Shown here: one piece after another, positions 46,214 to 57,161 of the stretch | How positions within the stretch are numbered: the first letter of the stretch is position 1 | Layout: the number at the start of each line of letters is the position of its first letter | NCBI GenBank assembly: GCA_031291645.1 | Contig: JARLIQ010000038.1 | Coordinates: 22,414 to 86,413 of the forward strand | Length of the DNA: 64,000 nt | Direction: 5' to 3' | Source: Caulobacteraceae bacterium | GTDB lineage: Bacteria; Pseudomonadota; Alphaproteobacteria; Caulobacterales; Caulobacteraceae | Made by a program: the position numbers and the translations under genes | Notes under the pieces: generated by a model | What the model was told of the DNA's origin: nothing | The model's database searches: none | What the model saw: only the letters and a program-made list of their open reading frames with translations

Positions 46214-46906
46214 CTACGGCCTGTCGGGATTGGCGGGAGCGGTCGCCGTCGACGACGCGGCCGACGGGTTCACCGGCTGGCCGGGTTGGGCCTGGTCCGT
46301 CGTCGGCGGGTTGACTGGCGGCGCCGCGGTCGTCGGCGCTCTCGGCGCCGGCGAAGGCGCGGGCGTATCGTTCATCGGCGGGCTCGCCGGCATTGCGGCG
46401 CTCGCGTCGGTCCCCGCCTCGCTGGCCGGGTTGGCGCGGGCGTGGTGCGCCGGATGGACAGCTCGCGCCTCATGGTGGCGGACGGTCGTCACGGGCGGCG
46501 GCGGTGCGCTGGCGGCCGCGGCCTGGGAGGCCTGAGCCGCCGACTGGTTGGCCGAAGCGGCTGCGGTCTGAGCGGTTGCGGCGGCGGTGTCCGCCTGGGC
46601 GGCCGCGGTCTGGGCCGAAGCCGCCTGCACCACCGGCGACGGAGACTGGAGCACCGGCGGATGCGCCTGCCTGGTCGCGTAGACGGCGACCGCGGCGCCG
46701 GCGGCCGCGACCACCACGACAAGGATCGGCGCGGTGAACATCAGGCTGGACCGCTTGCGGCGGCGCCCGCCGTCCTGCAGGCGGCGATAGGTCATCGAAG
46801 GATCGAGCGGCGGGGCCTCTTCGGCGGCCGGCGCCTTGGCCGGCGCGGCTGGCTTGGCTGGCTCGGCCGGCGTGCGATATTGAAAGCGAAGGGCATAATC
46901 AGTCAT
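46214..46906 (-). CDS. Ala/Pro/Gln-rich low-complexity membrane-anchored protein (hypothetical)
   Basis: There is a single TM segment (MFTAPILVVVVAAAGAAVAVYA), and the remainder is low-complexity. It is the only frame here with a plausible start and TM segment; the overlapping ORFs are Arg-rich shadow frames. Confidence 0.5.
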   Translation of the reverse strand: MTDYALRFQYRTPAEPAKPAAPAKAPAAEEAPPLDPSMTYRRLQDGGRRRKRSSLMFTAPILVVVVAAAGAAVAVYATRQAHPPVLQSPSPVVQAASAQTAAAQADTAAATAQTAAASANQSAAQASQAAAASAPPPPVTTVRHHEARAVHPAHHARANPASEAGTDASAAMPASPPMNDTPAPSPAPRAPTTAAPPVNPPTTDQAQPGQPVNPSAASSTATAPANPDRP

Positions 46907-47156
46907 TGCATTCCATCCCTGAGCATTATTCTCGTGGGACGAACAACGGCCCGATCTCGAAAACAGTTCCGTTGAACATATTTTCGTCAGATTTCGGCCA
47001 CACGGCAGTCTAATCCTGAACCCTGCTCAACTGAGAAGCACACCTACCGATCCAGGCTTGGCTTTGGCGCTCGCTCAGTCACAGATGACCAATGCACGAT
47101 GATTAGTCATCCCAACGAAATCGAGCCAATTTATCGGATACTGAGGCGTCGGCTGC

Positions 47157-49538
47157 TCAGCTTCTCGGCTTGACGCGGGTGGTCGGCGGGGCGGCGAGCG
47201 GGTCGTCCGGCCAGGGATGCTTGGGATAGCGACCGCGCATGTCCTTGCGCACGTCAGCCCAGGAGCCGCGCCAGAACCCGGGCAGGTCGCGCGTGGTCTG
47301 GATCGGACGACGGGCCGGCGACAGCAGCGAGAGCGTCAGCGGGACGCGCCCGCCGGCGATCGTGGGGTGAACCGCGAGCCCGAACAGCTCCTGCGCCCTG
47401 ACCTCGATGCGCGGCCCCCCCTCCGCCGCATAGTCGATGACGCAACGGGTGCCGGTCGGCGCGGTCCAGGCGTCGGGCGCCTCGGCGTCCAGCCGGCGCT
47501 GCAGGTCCCAGGGGATCAGGGCGCGCAAGGCCCCGTCCAGGTCGCCCGCCGACAGGCCCGCCAGGCTGGCGCGCCCCGCCAGCAGCGGCGCCAGCCAGTC
47601 CTCCAGGCCGGCGAGCAGGGCCGCATCGGACAGGTCCGGCCAGGCCTCTGCATCCAGGCGCCGCAGGAAGGCCGCGCGGGCGCGCAGGCGGGCGGAGCCC
47701 TCGCCCCAGGGCAGGACGGCCAGGCCCCGATCGCGGACCTGGGACAGAAGGGCGCGTTCGACCAGCGCCGGCTCCGGGCGGTCGATGCGCCGCTCGTCGA
47801 TGACGATCCGGCCCAGGCGGCGGATGCGCCGGGCCGAGACCCGGCCCGCGGCGTCGGTCTGGACCTCGTCGGCCGTCTCGACCTGGCCGGCGAAGGTCTC
47901 CAGCAGGCGCGCCTCGTCGAGTGGAACGGCGGAAAGGATGCGGTCGCGCGCCTCGCCGCCGCCGAGTTCGGCCACGGCCAGCCACGGTTCGCGCGCCAGG
48001 GCGTCGGTCGCCTCCAGATAGGCGCCGCGGCCGTTGGCCAGGCGGTATTCGCCCGCCCCGCCGCGCGCGCGGGCGATGCGCTCGGGATAGGCGGCGGCCA
48101 GCAGCAGCCCCTCGTCCGCTGCGTCGCCTTGAGCCCCGCCACGGGCCGCGGCCTTGGCCCAGCGGGCGGCCAGGGCGCGCGCGTCGCGGGCGCGCGGCCC
48201 CTCCTCCCGCTTCAGCCGGCGAAGGCGTTCGCGCAGGTCGGGGTCGTTGCCGCCCAGCCCCTGTTCGGTCAGCAGCACGGCCAGCAAGGCGGCCCCTTCG
48301 GCCGCGCCGGCGCGCGCGCCTTCCAGCACCATGTGCGCCAGCCGCGGCGGCAGGGGCAGCTCGGCGATCGCCCGGCCGTGGGCGGTCAGGGCGCCTGCGG
48401 CGTCCAGGGCGTCCAGCCGGCGCAGCAGCGCCCTCGCCTCCGCCATCGCCGCCGGCGGCGGCGGATCGAGGAACGCCAGGCTGGCGGCGTCCCGCGCGCC
48501 CCAGCGGGCAAGGTCGAGCGCCAGGCGCGACAGGTCGCTCTCCAGGATCTCCGGCCGCGAGAAGGCGATCAGGGCGCGGGTCTCCGGCTCGTCCCACAGC
48601 CGGTAGCAGACGCCGGGCTCGGTCCGCCCCGCGCGGCCACGCCTCTGATCGGCCGAAGCCAGGCTGACCCGCACGGTCTCCAGGCGGGTCAGGCCGCGCG
48701 CCGGGTCATAGCGGGGCACGCGCGAAAAGCCGCTGTCGACCACCACCCGCACGCCCGCCAGCGTCAGGCTGGTCTCGGCGATCGAGGTGGCCAGCACCAC
48801 CTTGCGCATCCCCGCCGGCGCAGGGGAGATGGCGCGCTCCTGGGCGGCGACGTCCAGCGCGCCATAGAGCGGGGCGATCTCGATCCTCGGATCGCGCAGT
48901 CGCTCGGCCAGCCGCTGTTCGACCTGACGGATCTCGCCCTGGCCCGGCAGGAAGACCAGGACGCCGCCGCTGGTCTGCGCCAGGGCGGTCAGCACGGCCT
49001 GGACCACCTGGTCAGGCAGTCGCGGGCGGGGATCACGGCCCAGGTAGACCGTCTCGACCGGATACTGCCGCCCATGACTCTCGATCACCGGGGCCTCGCC
49101 CAAGAGGCGCGCGACCCGTGCCCCGTCCAGCGTGGCCGACATGACGAGCAGCCTCAGGTCCTCGCGTAGGACGCCCTGGCTGTCGCGGGCGAGCGCCAGG
49201 CCCAGGTCGGCGTCCAGGCTGCGCTCGTGGAACTCGTCGAACAGGACGGCCGCGACACCGTCGAGGCCAGGGTCGCCGAGGATCATGCGCGTGAAGACGC
49301 CCTCGGTGACCACCTCGATGCGGGTGCGGGCCGAGACGCGCGACTGCATCCGGACGCGAAAGCCGACCGTCTCGCCGACGGCTTCGCCGAGGCTTGACGC
49401 CATCCGCGCGGCCGCGGCGCGCGCGGCCAGTCGCCGAGGCTCCAGCACGACGATGCGCCCCTCGCCCACCCAGGGCTGGTCCAGCAGGGCCAGGGGAACG
49501 ACCGTGGTCTTGCCCGCGCCCGGCGGGGCCACCAGCAC
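47157..49538 (-). CDS. hrpB: ATP-dependent RNA helicase HrpB
   Basis: Motif I APPGAGKTT, DEFHERS, SATLD and the HrpB C-terminal domain. In-frame homology continues upstream to about 49598 without a canonical start codon (see findings). Confidence 0.9.
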   Translation of the reverse strand: MLVAPPGAGKTTVVPLALLDQPWVGEGRIVVLEPRRLAARAAAARMASSLGEAVGETVGFRVRMQSRVSARTRIEVVTEGVFTRMILGDPGLDGVAAVLFDEFHERSLDADLGLALARDSQGVLREDLRLLVMSATLDGARVARLLGEAPVIESHGRQYPVETVYLGRDPRPRLPDQVVQAVLTALAQTSGGVLVFLPGQGEIRQVEQRLAERLRDPRIEIAPLYGALDVAAQERAISPAPAGMRKVVLATSIAETSLTLAGVRVVVDSGFSRVPRYDPARGLTRLETVRVSLASADQRRGRAGRTEPGVCYRLWDEPETRALIAFSRPEILESDLSRLALDLARWGARDAASLAFLDPPPPAAMAEARALLRRLDALDAAGALTAHGRAIAELPLPPRLAHMVLEGARAGAAEGAALLAVLLTEQGLGGNDPDLRERLRRLKREEGPRARDARALAARWAKAAARGGAQGDAADEGLLLAAAYPERIARARGGAGEYRLANGRGAYLEATDALAREPWLAVAELGGGEARDRILSAVPLDEARLLETFAGQVETADEVQTDAAGRVSARRIRRLGRIVIDERRIDRPEPALVERALLSQVRDRGLAVLPWGEGSARLRARAAFLRRLDAEAWPDLSDAALLAGLEDWLAPLLAGRASLAGLSAGDLDGALRALIPWDLQRRLDAEAPDAWTAPTGTRCVIDYAAEGGPRIEVRAQELFGLAVHPTIAGGRVPLTLSLLSPARRPIQTTRDLPGFWRGSWADVRKDMRGRYPKHPWPDDPLAAPPTTRVKPRS

Positions 49539-49617
49539 CGCGTTCGGCCCCGTCGCCAGCGCCGCCTTCAGCGCCGGCAGGGCCTCATGGACGGGAAGCC
49601 CGGTGGCCTCCCTCGGC

Positions 49618-51210
49618 TCAGTCGCCGCGATGGGGCAACTCCATCGGCGCGGCCTCGTGGCCCTCGACGATCTCGCCCTTGGCCAGCTTTGAGTTCCACA
49701 TGCCGTAGGCGAAGTAGATCACGATCCCCACCGCCAGATAGATCAGGAAGAAGTTGCGGGTGGTGGGCGTGGCCATCAGGCTCATCAGCAGGAAGGCGCA
49801 CATCAGGGCGCCCAGGATCGGCACGGCCGGGAACAGCGGCGTGCGGAACGGCCGCGCCATGTCCGGGTGGGTGACGCGCAGGTAGATCACGGTGATGCAG
49901 ACGATGCCGAAGGCGGTCAGCGAGCCGACGTTGGTCAGGTCCGACAGGGCGTCCAGCGACATGAAGCCGGCGAAACCCGCGGCGGCGATCCCGACCAGGA
50001 TGGTGTTGATCCACGGGGTCTTGAACACCTTGTGCACCGCCGCAAGCTGGGACGGCAGAAGCCCGTCGCGCGACATGGTGTAGAACACCCGCGTCTGGCC
50101 GTAGAGCAGCACGAGCATCACGCTGGAAAGGCCGGCGATCGCCCCGATCTTCACCAGGACCGCGAACCAGGGCATGCCGAGCTGGTCCACCGCGGTGGCG
50201 ATCGGCGCCGGGTTGTCGAGCGAGGCGTAGGGCACGATGCCCACGAGCACCGCCGAGGTGGCGATGTAGAGCACGGTGCAGATGACCAGGGCGCCGATGA
50301 TGCCGATCGGCATGTCGCGCGCCGGGTTACGCGCCTCGGCGCCGGCGGTCGAGACCGCCTCGAAGCCGACGTAGGCGAAGAAGATGATCGCCGCGGCGTG
50401 GATCACGCCGCTGAGGCCGTAGCGCGAGGTCTTGGCGCCGGTGATCACATCGATCAGCGCGCGCCAGATCTGGTGGCCGATGTCCATGGGCGTACCCGGC
50501 GGCGGGGCGGGAATCTGCGCCGGCACCAGCGGATGCCAGTTGGCCGGATGGACGAAATGAGAGCCGATGGCGATGAAGGCGATGACCACCGCCAGCTTGA
50601 TGAACACCACGATGTTGTTGACGGTCGCCGACTCCGAGACCCCGACCACCAGCAGCAGCGCCACCGCGGCGATCGCCACGATCGCCGGCAGGTTCACCAC
50701 CCCCATCGCGATCACGTGGCCGGCCGCGTCGGTCACCGGCACGCCGGGCGCGGCGGTGAGCGCGGCGGGAATGTGGATGTTCAGGTCCTGCAGCAGGCTG
50801 ATGAAATAGCCCGACCAGCCGACCGCGACCGTGGACGCGGCCAGGCCGTACTCCAGCAGCATCAGCAGACCCATGACCCAGGCGACCACCTCGCCCATCG
50901 AGGCGTAGCTGTAGGAATAGGCGGAACCGGACACCGGCAGGGCCGAGGCCAGTTCGGCATAGCAGAGGGCGACGAAGGCGCAGAGGAGGCCCGTGATGAC
51001 GAAGGAGATCATGATGGCCGGCCCGGCCCATTCGGCCGCCGCATGGCCGGTCAAGACGAAGATGCCGGTGCCGATGATGCAGCCGATCCCCAGGAGAATC
51101 AGGTTGAGCGCGCCCAGCGTCCTCTTCAGTTCGCCATGCTCGTGCTCGGCGTGGATCTGCGCCACGCTCTTGCGCCGGAAGATGCGGCTCAAACCCGCGC
51201 CGTTGGCCAT
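49618..51210 (-). CDS. APC-superfamily amino-acid permease (cationic amino-acid transporter-like)
   Basis: 530 aa, ~14 predicted TM segments, N-terminus LKRTLGALNLILLGIGCIIGTGIFVLTG. Confidence 0.9.
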   Translation of the reverse strand: MANGAGLSRIFRRKSVAQIHAEHEHGELKRTLGALNLILLGIGCIIGTGIFVLTGHAAAEWAGPAIMISFVITGLLCAFVALCYAELASALPVSGSAYSYSYASMGEVVAWVMGLLMLLEYGLAASTVAVGWSGYFISLLQDLNIHIPAALTAAPGVPVTDAAGHVIAMGVVNLPAIVAIAAVALLLVVGVSESATVNNIVVFIKLAVVIAFIAIGSHFVHPANWHPLVPAQIPAPPPGTPMDIGHQIWRALIDVITGAKTSRYGLSGVIHAAAIIFFAYVGFEAVSTAGAEARNPARDMPIGIIGALVICTVLYIATSAVLVGIVPYASLDNPAPIATAVDQLGMPWFAVLVKIGAIAGLSSVMLVLLYGQTRVFYTMSRDGLLPSQLAAVHKVFKTPWINTILVGIAAAGFAGFMSLDALSDLTNVGSLTAFGIVCITVIYLRVTHPDMARPFRTPLFPAVPILGALMCAFLLMSLMATPTTRNFFLIYLAVGIVIYFAYGMWNSKLAKGEIVEGHEAAPMELPHRGD

Positions 51211-51348
51211 CTGGCTGTCCCTACCCCCATTGACTCGGCCCCTGTCCGAGCCGTCGCACGCTAGCGGGGCGATGCCCCGGCGGCAATCAAGGCCTGCGCC
51301 GGGTCCCGACTTTGCGATCCCGCGCCCGCTACCCTATTCTCCCCATCC

Positions 51349-52038
51349 ATGGAACAGCCCAAGGACTTCGATATCCGCGCGGTGATCGCCCCGGTCACCC
51401 CGTTGCAGCAGAACTGTACAATCGTCTGGTGCGTAAAGACCAAAAAGGCGGCGGTGATCGATCCCGGCGGCGAGGTCGAGCGCCTGCTGGGCGCGATCGA
51501 AGGCCAGGGCCTGGACCTGGAGGCGATCTGGATCACCCACGGGCACATGGACCACGCCGGCGGCGCGGCGGCGCTGAAGGACGCGACCGGCGTTCCGATC
51601 ATCGGCCCCCACCCCGCCGACCAGTTCTGGATCGACCGCATCACCGAGAGCGGCCAGCGCTACGGCATGCCGGAGGCCCGGACCTTCACGCCGGACCGGT
51701 GGCTGGGCGATGGCGACGTGGTCACCCTTGGCGAAACCGAGTTCGAGGTGCTGCACTGCCCCGGGCACACGCCGGGCCATGTGGTCTTCTTCCACCGCCA
51801 GGCCCGGTTCGCCCAGGTCGGCGACGTGCTGTTCCAGGGCTCGATCGGCCGCACCGACTTCCCGCTCGGCGACCACGACCAGCTGATCGCCTCGATCACC
51901 GGCAAGCTCTGGCCGCTCGGCGACGACGTGCGCTTCGTCCCTGGCCATGGACCGATGTCCAGCTTCGGGGTCGAACGCCGCCTCAATCCCTTCGTTTCCG
52001 ACGAAGCGATCGAGATGATGCGCTCGATGCGGGCTTGA
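51349..52038 (+). CDS. MBL-fold metallo-hydrolase (glyoxalase II-like)
   Basis: HxHxDH motif (WITHGHMDHAGG) plus downstream CPGHTPGH. Confidence 0.85.
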   Translation: MEQPKDFDIRAVIAPVTPLQQNCTIVWCVKTKKAAVIDPGGEVERLLGAIEGQGLDLEAIWITHGHMDHAGGAAALKDATGVPIIGPHPADQFWIDRITESGQRYGMPEARTFTPDRWLGDGDVVTLGETEFEVLHCPGHTPGHVVFFHRQARFAQVGDVLFQGSIGRTDFPLGDHDQLIASITGKLWPLGDDVRFVPGHGPMSSFGVERRLNPFVSDEAIEMMRSMRA

Positions 52039-52094
52039 AATTGCGGTTTCCAGTCTGAAATCAAGTGTGCAAGAGCCTCTGAGATACTTGAGGC

Positions 52095-52850
52095 ATGGAC
52101 GCTGACATGAACCTCACCACCGCCCGGCCCGACGCTCATCTGGGCCAGAACATCCTGATGGTGGACGACGATCCGGGCATTCGCGACGTCGTCTCCGATT
52201 TCCTGGGCCGCCACGGCTATCAGGTCGAGACGGCCGCCGACGGATCGGAGATGGAGCGGGTCCTCAGTCGCGGCCAGACCGACCTGGTCGTGCTGGACGT
52301 GATGCTGCCAGGCGAAGACGGCCTGGCCATCTGCCGCCGCCTGACCGGCTCCGACGGCCCGGCCATCATCATGCTGAGCGCCATGGGCGAGGAGACCGAC
52401 CGCATCATCGGCCTCGAGCTCGGCGCCGACGACTATCTGCCCAAACCCTGCAATCCGCGCGAACTCCTGGCCCGGATCCGGGCGGTGCTGCGCCGCCGCC
52501 AGGAACGGCGCGTCAGCGACGGCTCCATCGGCGCGACCTGCGAGTTCGCCGGCTGGCGGCTGGACCTGGTGCGGCGCGAGTTGCGCTCGCCGCAAGGCGT
52601 CGTGGTCAACCTGTCGAGCGGCGAATTCTCGATGCTGCGCGCCTTCGTCGAGCGGCCCCAGCGGGTGTTGACCCGCGACCGCCTGCTGGACCTCGCCCGC
52701 GGCCCGGACACCGAGGCCTACGACCGGGCGATCGACGTCCAGATCAGCCGGCTGCGCAAGAAGCTGGACGACGGCACCGGCGGACAGGAGCTCATCCGCA
52801 CCGTGCGCAACGAAGGCTACATGTTCACGGCCAAGGTCCAGCGCGCATGA
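52095..52850 (+). CDS. OmpR-family response regulator
   Basis: Receiver domain (ILMVDDDPGIR...DLVVLDVMLPGEDG) plus a winged-helix output domain (LRKKL...IRTVRNEGYMF). Confidence 0.9.
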   Translation: MDADMNLTTARPDAHLGQNILMVDDDPGIRDVVSDFLGRHGYQVETAADGSEMERVLSRGQTDLVVLDVMLPGEDGLAICRRLTGSDGPAIIMLSAMGEETDRIIGLELGADDYLPKPCNPRELLARIRAVLRRRQERRVSDGSIGATCEFAGWRLDLVRRELRSPQGVVVNLSSGEFSMLRAFVERPQRVLTRDRLLDLARGPDTEAYDRAIDVQISRLRKKLDDGTGGQELIRTVRNEGYMFTAKVQRA

Positions 52851-54202
52851 CGACTGCCCGCAGGCCGCCGACGGCGAGCCTGTTTGCGCAACTCCTCGGC
52901 CTTGTCGTGCTCAGCCTGGTGGGCGCGATCGTCATCAACCTGCTGATCATCCTCAACCTCACGCCGCCAATGCCGGACTTCTACCGGGTCAGCGAGGTGG
53001 CCCGGGTGCTCAAGGCCGGGCCAGGAACCACCACCAGCGACCACCGCCCGCTGGTCGTCAGCCTGGCCCAGAAGCCGCCCGGCGCGCCGAAGAACGACAT
53101 GATCTCCGGCGGGCCGCCCAACCTCAAGCGCGAGTTGGCCCAACTGATGGGCGTCGATCCGACCCTGGTGCAGATCAGCGCTGAATTCGGCCGGTTCTCG
53201 GACCGGCGGGTCGTTCGTCTGGTGCGCCAGGAGATGGCCAAGGACGGCCGCCCGGCGGAGGAGCACTTCCTGGTCGCCCCATTCAAGGTGGGCGTGCGCC
53301 GGGCCGACGGCCGGTGGGTGATCGCTGAGCCCAAGCCCAGCATCGTTCCGTCGGCCTGGCAGCAGCGGATCATCCTGGGCTTCTTCCTGAGCACCCTGGC
53401 CGTGACGCCGATCGCCTATCTGCTCGCCCGGCGGCTGGCCGCGCCGATCGCCCTGTTCGCCAGCGCCGCCGAACGGCTGGGGCGTGACCCCGGCGCGCCG
53501 CCGCTCGCCCTGCGCGGACCGGCCGAGATCCGCACCGCGGTGGGCGCCTTCAACGACATGCAGGAGCGCCTCGCCCGCTATGTCGACGATCGCACCGCCA
53601 TGGTCGGGGCCATCGCCCACGACCTGCGCACCCCCCTGACGCGGCTGCGCTTTCGCGTCGAGTCGGCGCCGGAGGAGCTGCGCGCCAAGATGGCCGCCGA
53701 CATCGGCGAGATGGAGGCGATGGTCGCCGGCACCCTAGCCTTCGTGCGCGATGCGACGCACGTGACAACCCGCACGCCGCTGGAGCTGTCGTCCCTGCTG
53801 GAGAGCCTAGCCGACGACATGAGCGAGACCGGCCTGAACGTCGTCGTCGAGCGGGCCGAGCGGGTGGTGGTCGACGGCGATCCCCTCGCCTTGCGGCGGC
53901 TGTTCAACAACCTGTTGGACAATGCGGTGAAGTTCGGCTGTCTCGCCCGCGTGCGGGTCTTCGCCGACGATGGCTTCGCCGTGGTCGAGATCGAGGACCG
54001 CGGCCACGGCCTGCCGGAAAAGGAACTGGATCGGGTGTTCGAGCCCTTCTACCGGCGCGAGGCGTCGCGCTCGCGCGAGACCGGCGGCATCGGGCTCGGG
54101 CTGGCCGTGGTCCGATCGATCGCCCGGGCCCACGGCGGGGACGCCACCCTGGGCAACCGCGACGGCGGCGGCGCCGTGGCGCGGGTGCGCCTGCCGATCT
54201 GA
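52847..54202 (+). CDS. Sensor histidine kinase (EnvZ-like: TM-periplasmic-TM-HAMP-HisKA-HATPase)
   Basis: H-box AIAHDLRTPLTRL, N-box LLDNAVKF and G-boxes DRGHGL / GGIGLGLAVV. An ATGA overlap joins it to the regulator gene. Confidence 0.9.
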   Translation: MTTARRPPTASLFAQLLGLVVLSLVGAIVINLLIILNLTPPMPDFYRVSEVARVLKAGPGTTTSDHRPLVVSLAQKPPGAPKNDMISGGPPNLKRELAQLMGVDPTLVQISAEFGRFSDRRVVRLVRQEMAKDGRPAEEHFLVAPFKVGVRRADGRWVIAEPKPSIVPSAWQQRIILGFFLSTLAVTPIAYLLARRLAAPIALFASAAERLGRDPGAPPLALRGPAEIRTAVGAFNDMQERLARYVDDRTAMVGAIAHDLRTPLTRLRFRVESAPEELRAKMAADIGEMEAMVAGTLAFVRDATHVTTRTPLELSSLLESLADDMSETGLNVVVERAERVVVDGDPLALRRLFNNLLDNAVKFGCLARVRVFADDGFAVVEIEDRGHGLPEKELDRVFEPFYRREASRSRETGGIGLGLAVVRSIARAHGGDATLGNRDGGGAVARVRLPI

Positions 54203-54321
54203 CCCGCGGTCTTTAGCTTCTCTATCGCCAATCTGAGATAAGATTCGCTGCGCCTGGGCCATTCAGGCTGTAATGCCCACTGCTCCAACGCCGCACCTCG
54301 CGCGTCGGACCGGAGTTGTTC

Positions 54322-55266
54322 ATGGCTGTTGTTGACGCGTCCCGTCCGCCGAACCCCTCGCGCCCCGCCCTGTCGGATCATCTTCGGCGCCTGGAATCGG
54401 AATCGATCGAGATCATCCGTGAGGTCGCGGCGGGTTTTGACAACCCGGTGATGCTGTATTCGATCGGCAAGGACAGCGGGGTGATGCTTCACCTGGCGGT
54501 GAAGGCCTTCTATCCGTCCAAACCGCCGTTCCCGCTGCTGCACGTGGACACGACCTGGAAGTTCCAGGACATGATCCGCCACCGCGACACCATCGCCGAG
54601 CAGTACGGGGTCAAGCTGCTGGTGCACACCAACGAGGAGGGCCTGGCGCGGGGGATCAACCCGATCGCGTCGGGCTCGTCGCTGCACACCCAGGTGATGA
54701 AGACCGAGGGCCTGAAGCAGGCGCTCGACAAGTACGGGTTCGACGCGGCGTTCGGGGGCGCGCGGCGCGACGAGGAGAAGAGCCGGGCCAAGGAGCGGAT
54801 CTTCTCGTTCCGCTCGGCGGGCCACGTCTGGGACCCGCGCAACCAGCGGCCGGAACTCTGGCGGCTGTACAACACGCGGGTCAACAAGGGCGAGACGATC
54901 CGGGTCTTCCCGCTGTCCAACTGGACCGAGCTCGACATCTGGGAATACACCCGCGCCGAGGGCATCGCGGTGGTGCCGCTGTACTTCGCCGCGCCCCGGC
55001 CGGTGGTCGAGCGCGACGGCATGCTGATCATGCGCGATGACGAGCGCATGCCGCTGCTGCCGGGAGAGGTCGAGGAGACCCGCTGGGTGCGCTTCCGCTC
55101 GCTGGGCTGCTATCCCCTGAGCGCGGCGGTGGAGAGCCGGGCGACCAGCTTGGACGACATCATCGGCGAAATGCGCGCCTCGCGCACCTCCGAGCGCCAG
55201 GGCCGGCTGATCGACGTCGACGAGAGCGCCTCGATGGAGAAGAAGAAGCGCGAGGGGTATTTCTGA
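54322..55266 (+). CDS. cysD: Sulfate adenylyltransferase subunit 2
   Basis: [16 protein letters not shown]...MLYSIGKDS...[13 protein letters not shown]...[10 protein letters not shown] is the canonical CysD pattern. ATG 54322 is preferred over TTG 54316. Confidence 0.95.
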   Translation: MAVVDASRPPNPSRPALSDHLRRLESESIEIIREVAAGFDNPVMLYSIGKDSGVMLHLAVKAFYPSKPPFPLLHVDTTWKFQDMIRHRDTIAEQYGVKLLVHTNEEGLARGINPIASGSSLHTQVMKTEGLKQALDKYGFDAAFGGARRDEEKSRAKERIFSFRSAGHVWDPRNQRPELWRLYNTRVNKGETIRVFPLSNWTELDIWEYTRAEGIAVVPLYFAAPRPVVERDGMLIMRDDERMPLLPGEVEETRWVRFRSLGCYPLSAAVESRATSLDDIIGEMRASRTSERQGRLIDVDESASMEKKKREGYF

Positions 55267-57161
55267 TGGACGGCGCCTTGATCGAAGAGACCCAGGCCCA
55301 GACTGAGGCCCCCGCCGCCGCCCAGAAGGGCCTGCTGCGGTTCCTGACCTGCGGCTCGGTGGACGACGGCAAGTCGACCCTGATCGGCCGGCTGCTCTAT
55401 GATTCCAAGCTGATCCTCGACGACCACCTGGCCGCGCTCGAGCGCGACAGCGCCCGCCACGGCACCACCGGCGAGGAACTCGACCTGGCGCTGCTGGTCG
55501 ACGGGCTGGAGGCCGAGCGCCAGCAGGGCATCACCATCGACGTCGCCTACCGCTTCTTCACCACCGACAAGCGGGCCTTCATCGTCGCCGACACCCCAGG
55601 GCACGAGCAGTACACCCGCAACATGGCCACCGGCGCGTCCAACGCCGACCTGGCGGTGATCCTGATCGACGCGCGCAAGGGGGTGCTGACCCAGACCCGC
55701 CGTCACAGCTACATCTGCTCGCTGCTTGGCGTGCGCCACCTGGTGCTGGCGGTGAACAAGATCGACCTGGCGGACTACGACCAGGCGGTGTTCGACCAGA
55801 TCGTCGCCGACTATCGCGCCTTCGCCGAGACCCTCGGCTTCGCCTCGATTACCCCGGTGCCGATGTCCGCCCGCCATGGCGACAATGTCACGACCCGCTC
55901 GGCCCACACCCCCTGGTACGCCGGCCCGACCCTCCTGGAGCACCTGGAGAGCATCGACGTGGAGAGCGACGCGGCCGCCCGGCCGTTCCGCTTCCCGGTC
56001 CAGTGGGTCAACCGGCCGAACCTGGACTTCCGCGGCTTCTCCGGCACCATCGCCTCCGGGACCGTGCGGCCGGGCGACAGGATCGTGGTCGCCGCCTCCG
56101 GCCGCCAGAGCGCCGTGACGCGCATCGTCACCTATGACGGCGACCTGGCCGAGGCCCGCGCCGGCCAGGCGGTGACCCTGACCCTGGCCGACGAGGTCGA
56201 CATCGCCCGCGGCGACCTGCTGGCGCCGCCCACCGACCGGCCGGAGGTGGCCGACCAGTTCGCCGCCCACCTGATCTGGATGGGCGATGAGCCGCTGCTG
56301 CCCGGCCGGCCTTATCTGATGCGCATCGGCACGCGCTACGTGCCCGTCCGCGTCACCACCCTCAAGCACAAGGTCGACGTCGACACCCTCGATCACCTGG
56401 CCGCGCGGACCCTGTCGCTGAACGAGATCGGGCTGTGCAACCTGTCGACCGCCTCGCCGGTGGCCTTCGATTCCTACGCCGACAATCGCGAGACCGGCGC
56501 CTTCATCCTGATCGACCGCTACACCAACGCCACCGTCGGCGCCGGGATGATCGCCTTCGGCCTGCGCCGCGCCGCCAACATCCACCGCCAGGCCATGCTG
56601 GTCAGCCGCGCCGACCACGAGCGCATGGCCGGCCACAAGCCCGCCACCCTGTGGTTCACGGGCCTGTCCGGCTCGGGCAAGTCGACCATCGCCAACCTGG
56701 TCGAGCGCAAGCTGCACGAGCGCGGCGTGCGCACCTTCCTGCTGGACGGAGACAACGTCCGCCACGGGCTCAACCGCGACCTCGGCTTCTCCGACGCCGA
56801 CCGGGTGGAGAACGTCCGCCGCGTGGGCGAGGTCGCCCGCCTGTTCGTCGAGGCCGGCGTCGTGGTGCTCTGCTCCTTCATCTCGCCCTTCCGCGCCGAG
56901 CGGCGGATGGTGCGCGAACTGTTCGCCGAGGGCGAGTTCTTCGAGGTCTTCGTCGACACCACGCTCGAGGACTGCATCGCCCGCGACCCCAAGGGCCTCT
57001 ATGGCAAGGCGCTGGACGGTAAGATCGCCAACTTCACCGGCGTCTCGTCCCCCTACGAGCCGCCCGAACACGCCGAGTTGATCCTGGCTACCCCCGCCCT
57101 CTCGCCCGACCAGGCCGCCGACGCCGTCATCGATGAGCTCGAACGGCGAGGCCGAATCTAG
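55266..57161 (+). CDS. cysN: Bifunctional sulfate adenylyltransferase subunit 1 / adenylylsulfate kinase
   Basis: N-terminal GTPase ([26 protein letters not shown]) plus a C-terminal APS kinase ([12 protein letters not shown]...[11 protein letters not shown]). An ATGA overlap joins it to cysD. Confidence 0.95.
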   Translation: MDGALIEETQAQTEAPAAAQKGLLRFLTCGSVDDGKSTLIGRLLYDSKLILDDHLAALERDSARHGTTGEELDLALLVDGLEAERQQGITIDVAYRFFTTDKRAFIVADTPGHEQYTRNMATGASNADLAVILIDARKGVLTQTRRHSYICSLLGVRHLVLAVNKIDLADYDQAVFDQIVADYRAFAETLGFASITPVPMSARHGDNVTTRSAHTPWYAGPTLLEHLESIDVESDAAARPFRFPVQWVNRPNLDFRGFSGTIASGTVRPGDRIVVAASGRQSAVTRIVTYDGDLAEARAGQAVTLTLADEVDIARGDLLAPPTDRPEVADQFAAHLIWMGDEPLLPGRPYLMRIGTRYVPVRVTTLKHKVDVDTLDHLAARTLSLNEIGLCNLSTASPVAFDSYADNRETGAFILIDRYTNATVGAGMIAFGLRRAANIHRQAMLVSRADHERMAGHKPATLWFTGLSGSGKSTIANLVERKLHERGVRTFLLDGDNVRHGLNRDLGFSDADRVENVRRVGEVARLFVEAGVVVLCSFISPFRAERRMVRELFAEGEFFEVFVDTTLEDCIARDPKGLYGKALDGKIANFTGVSSPYEPPEHAELILATPALSPDQAADAVIDELERRGRI

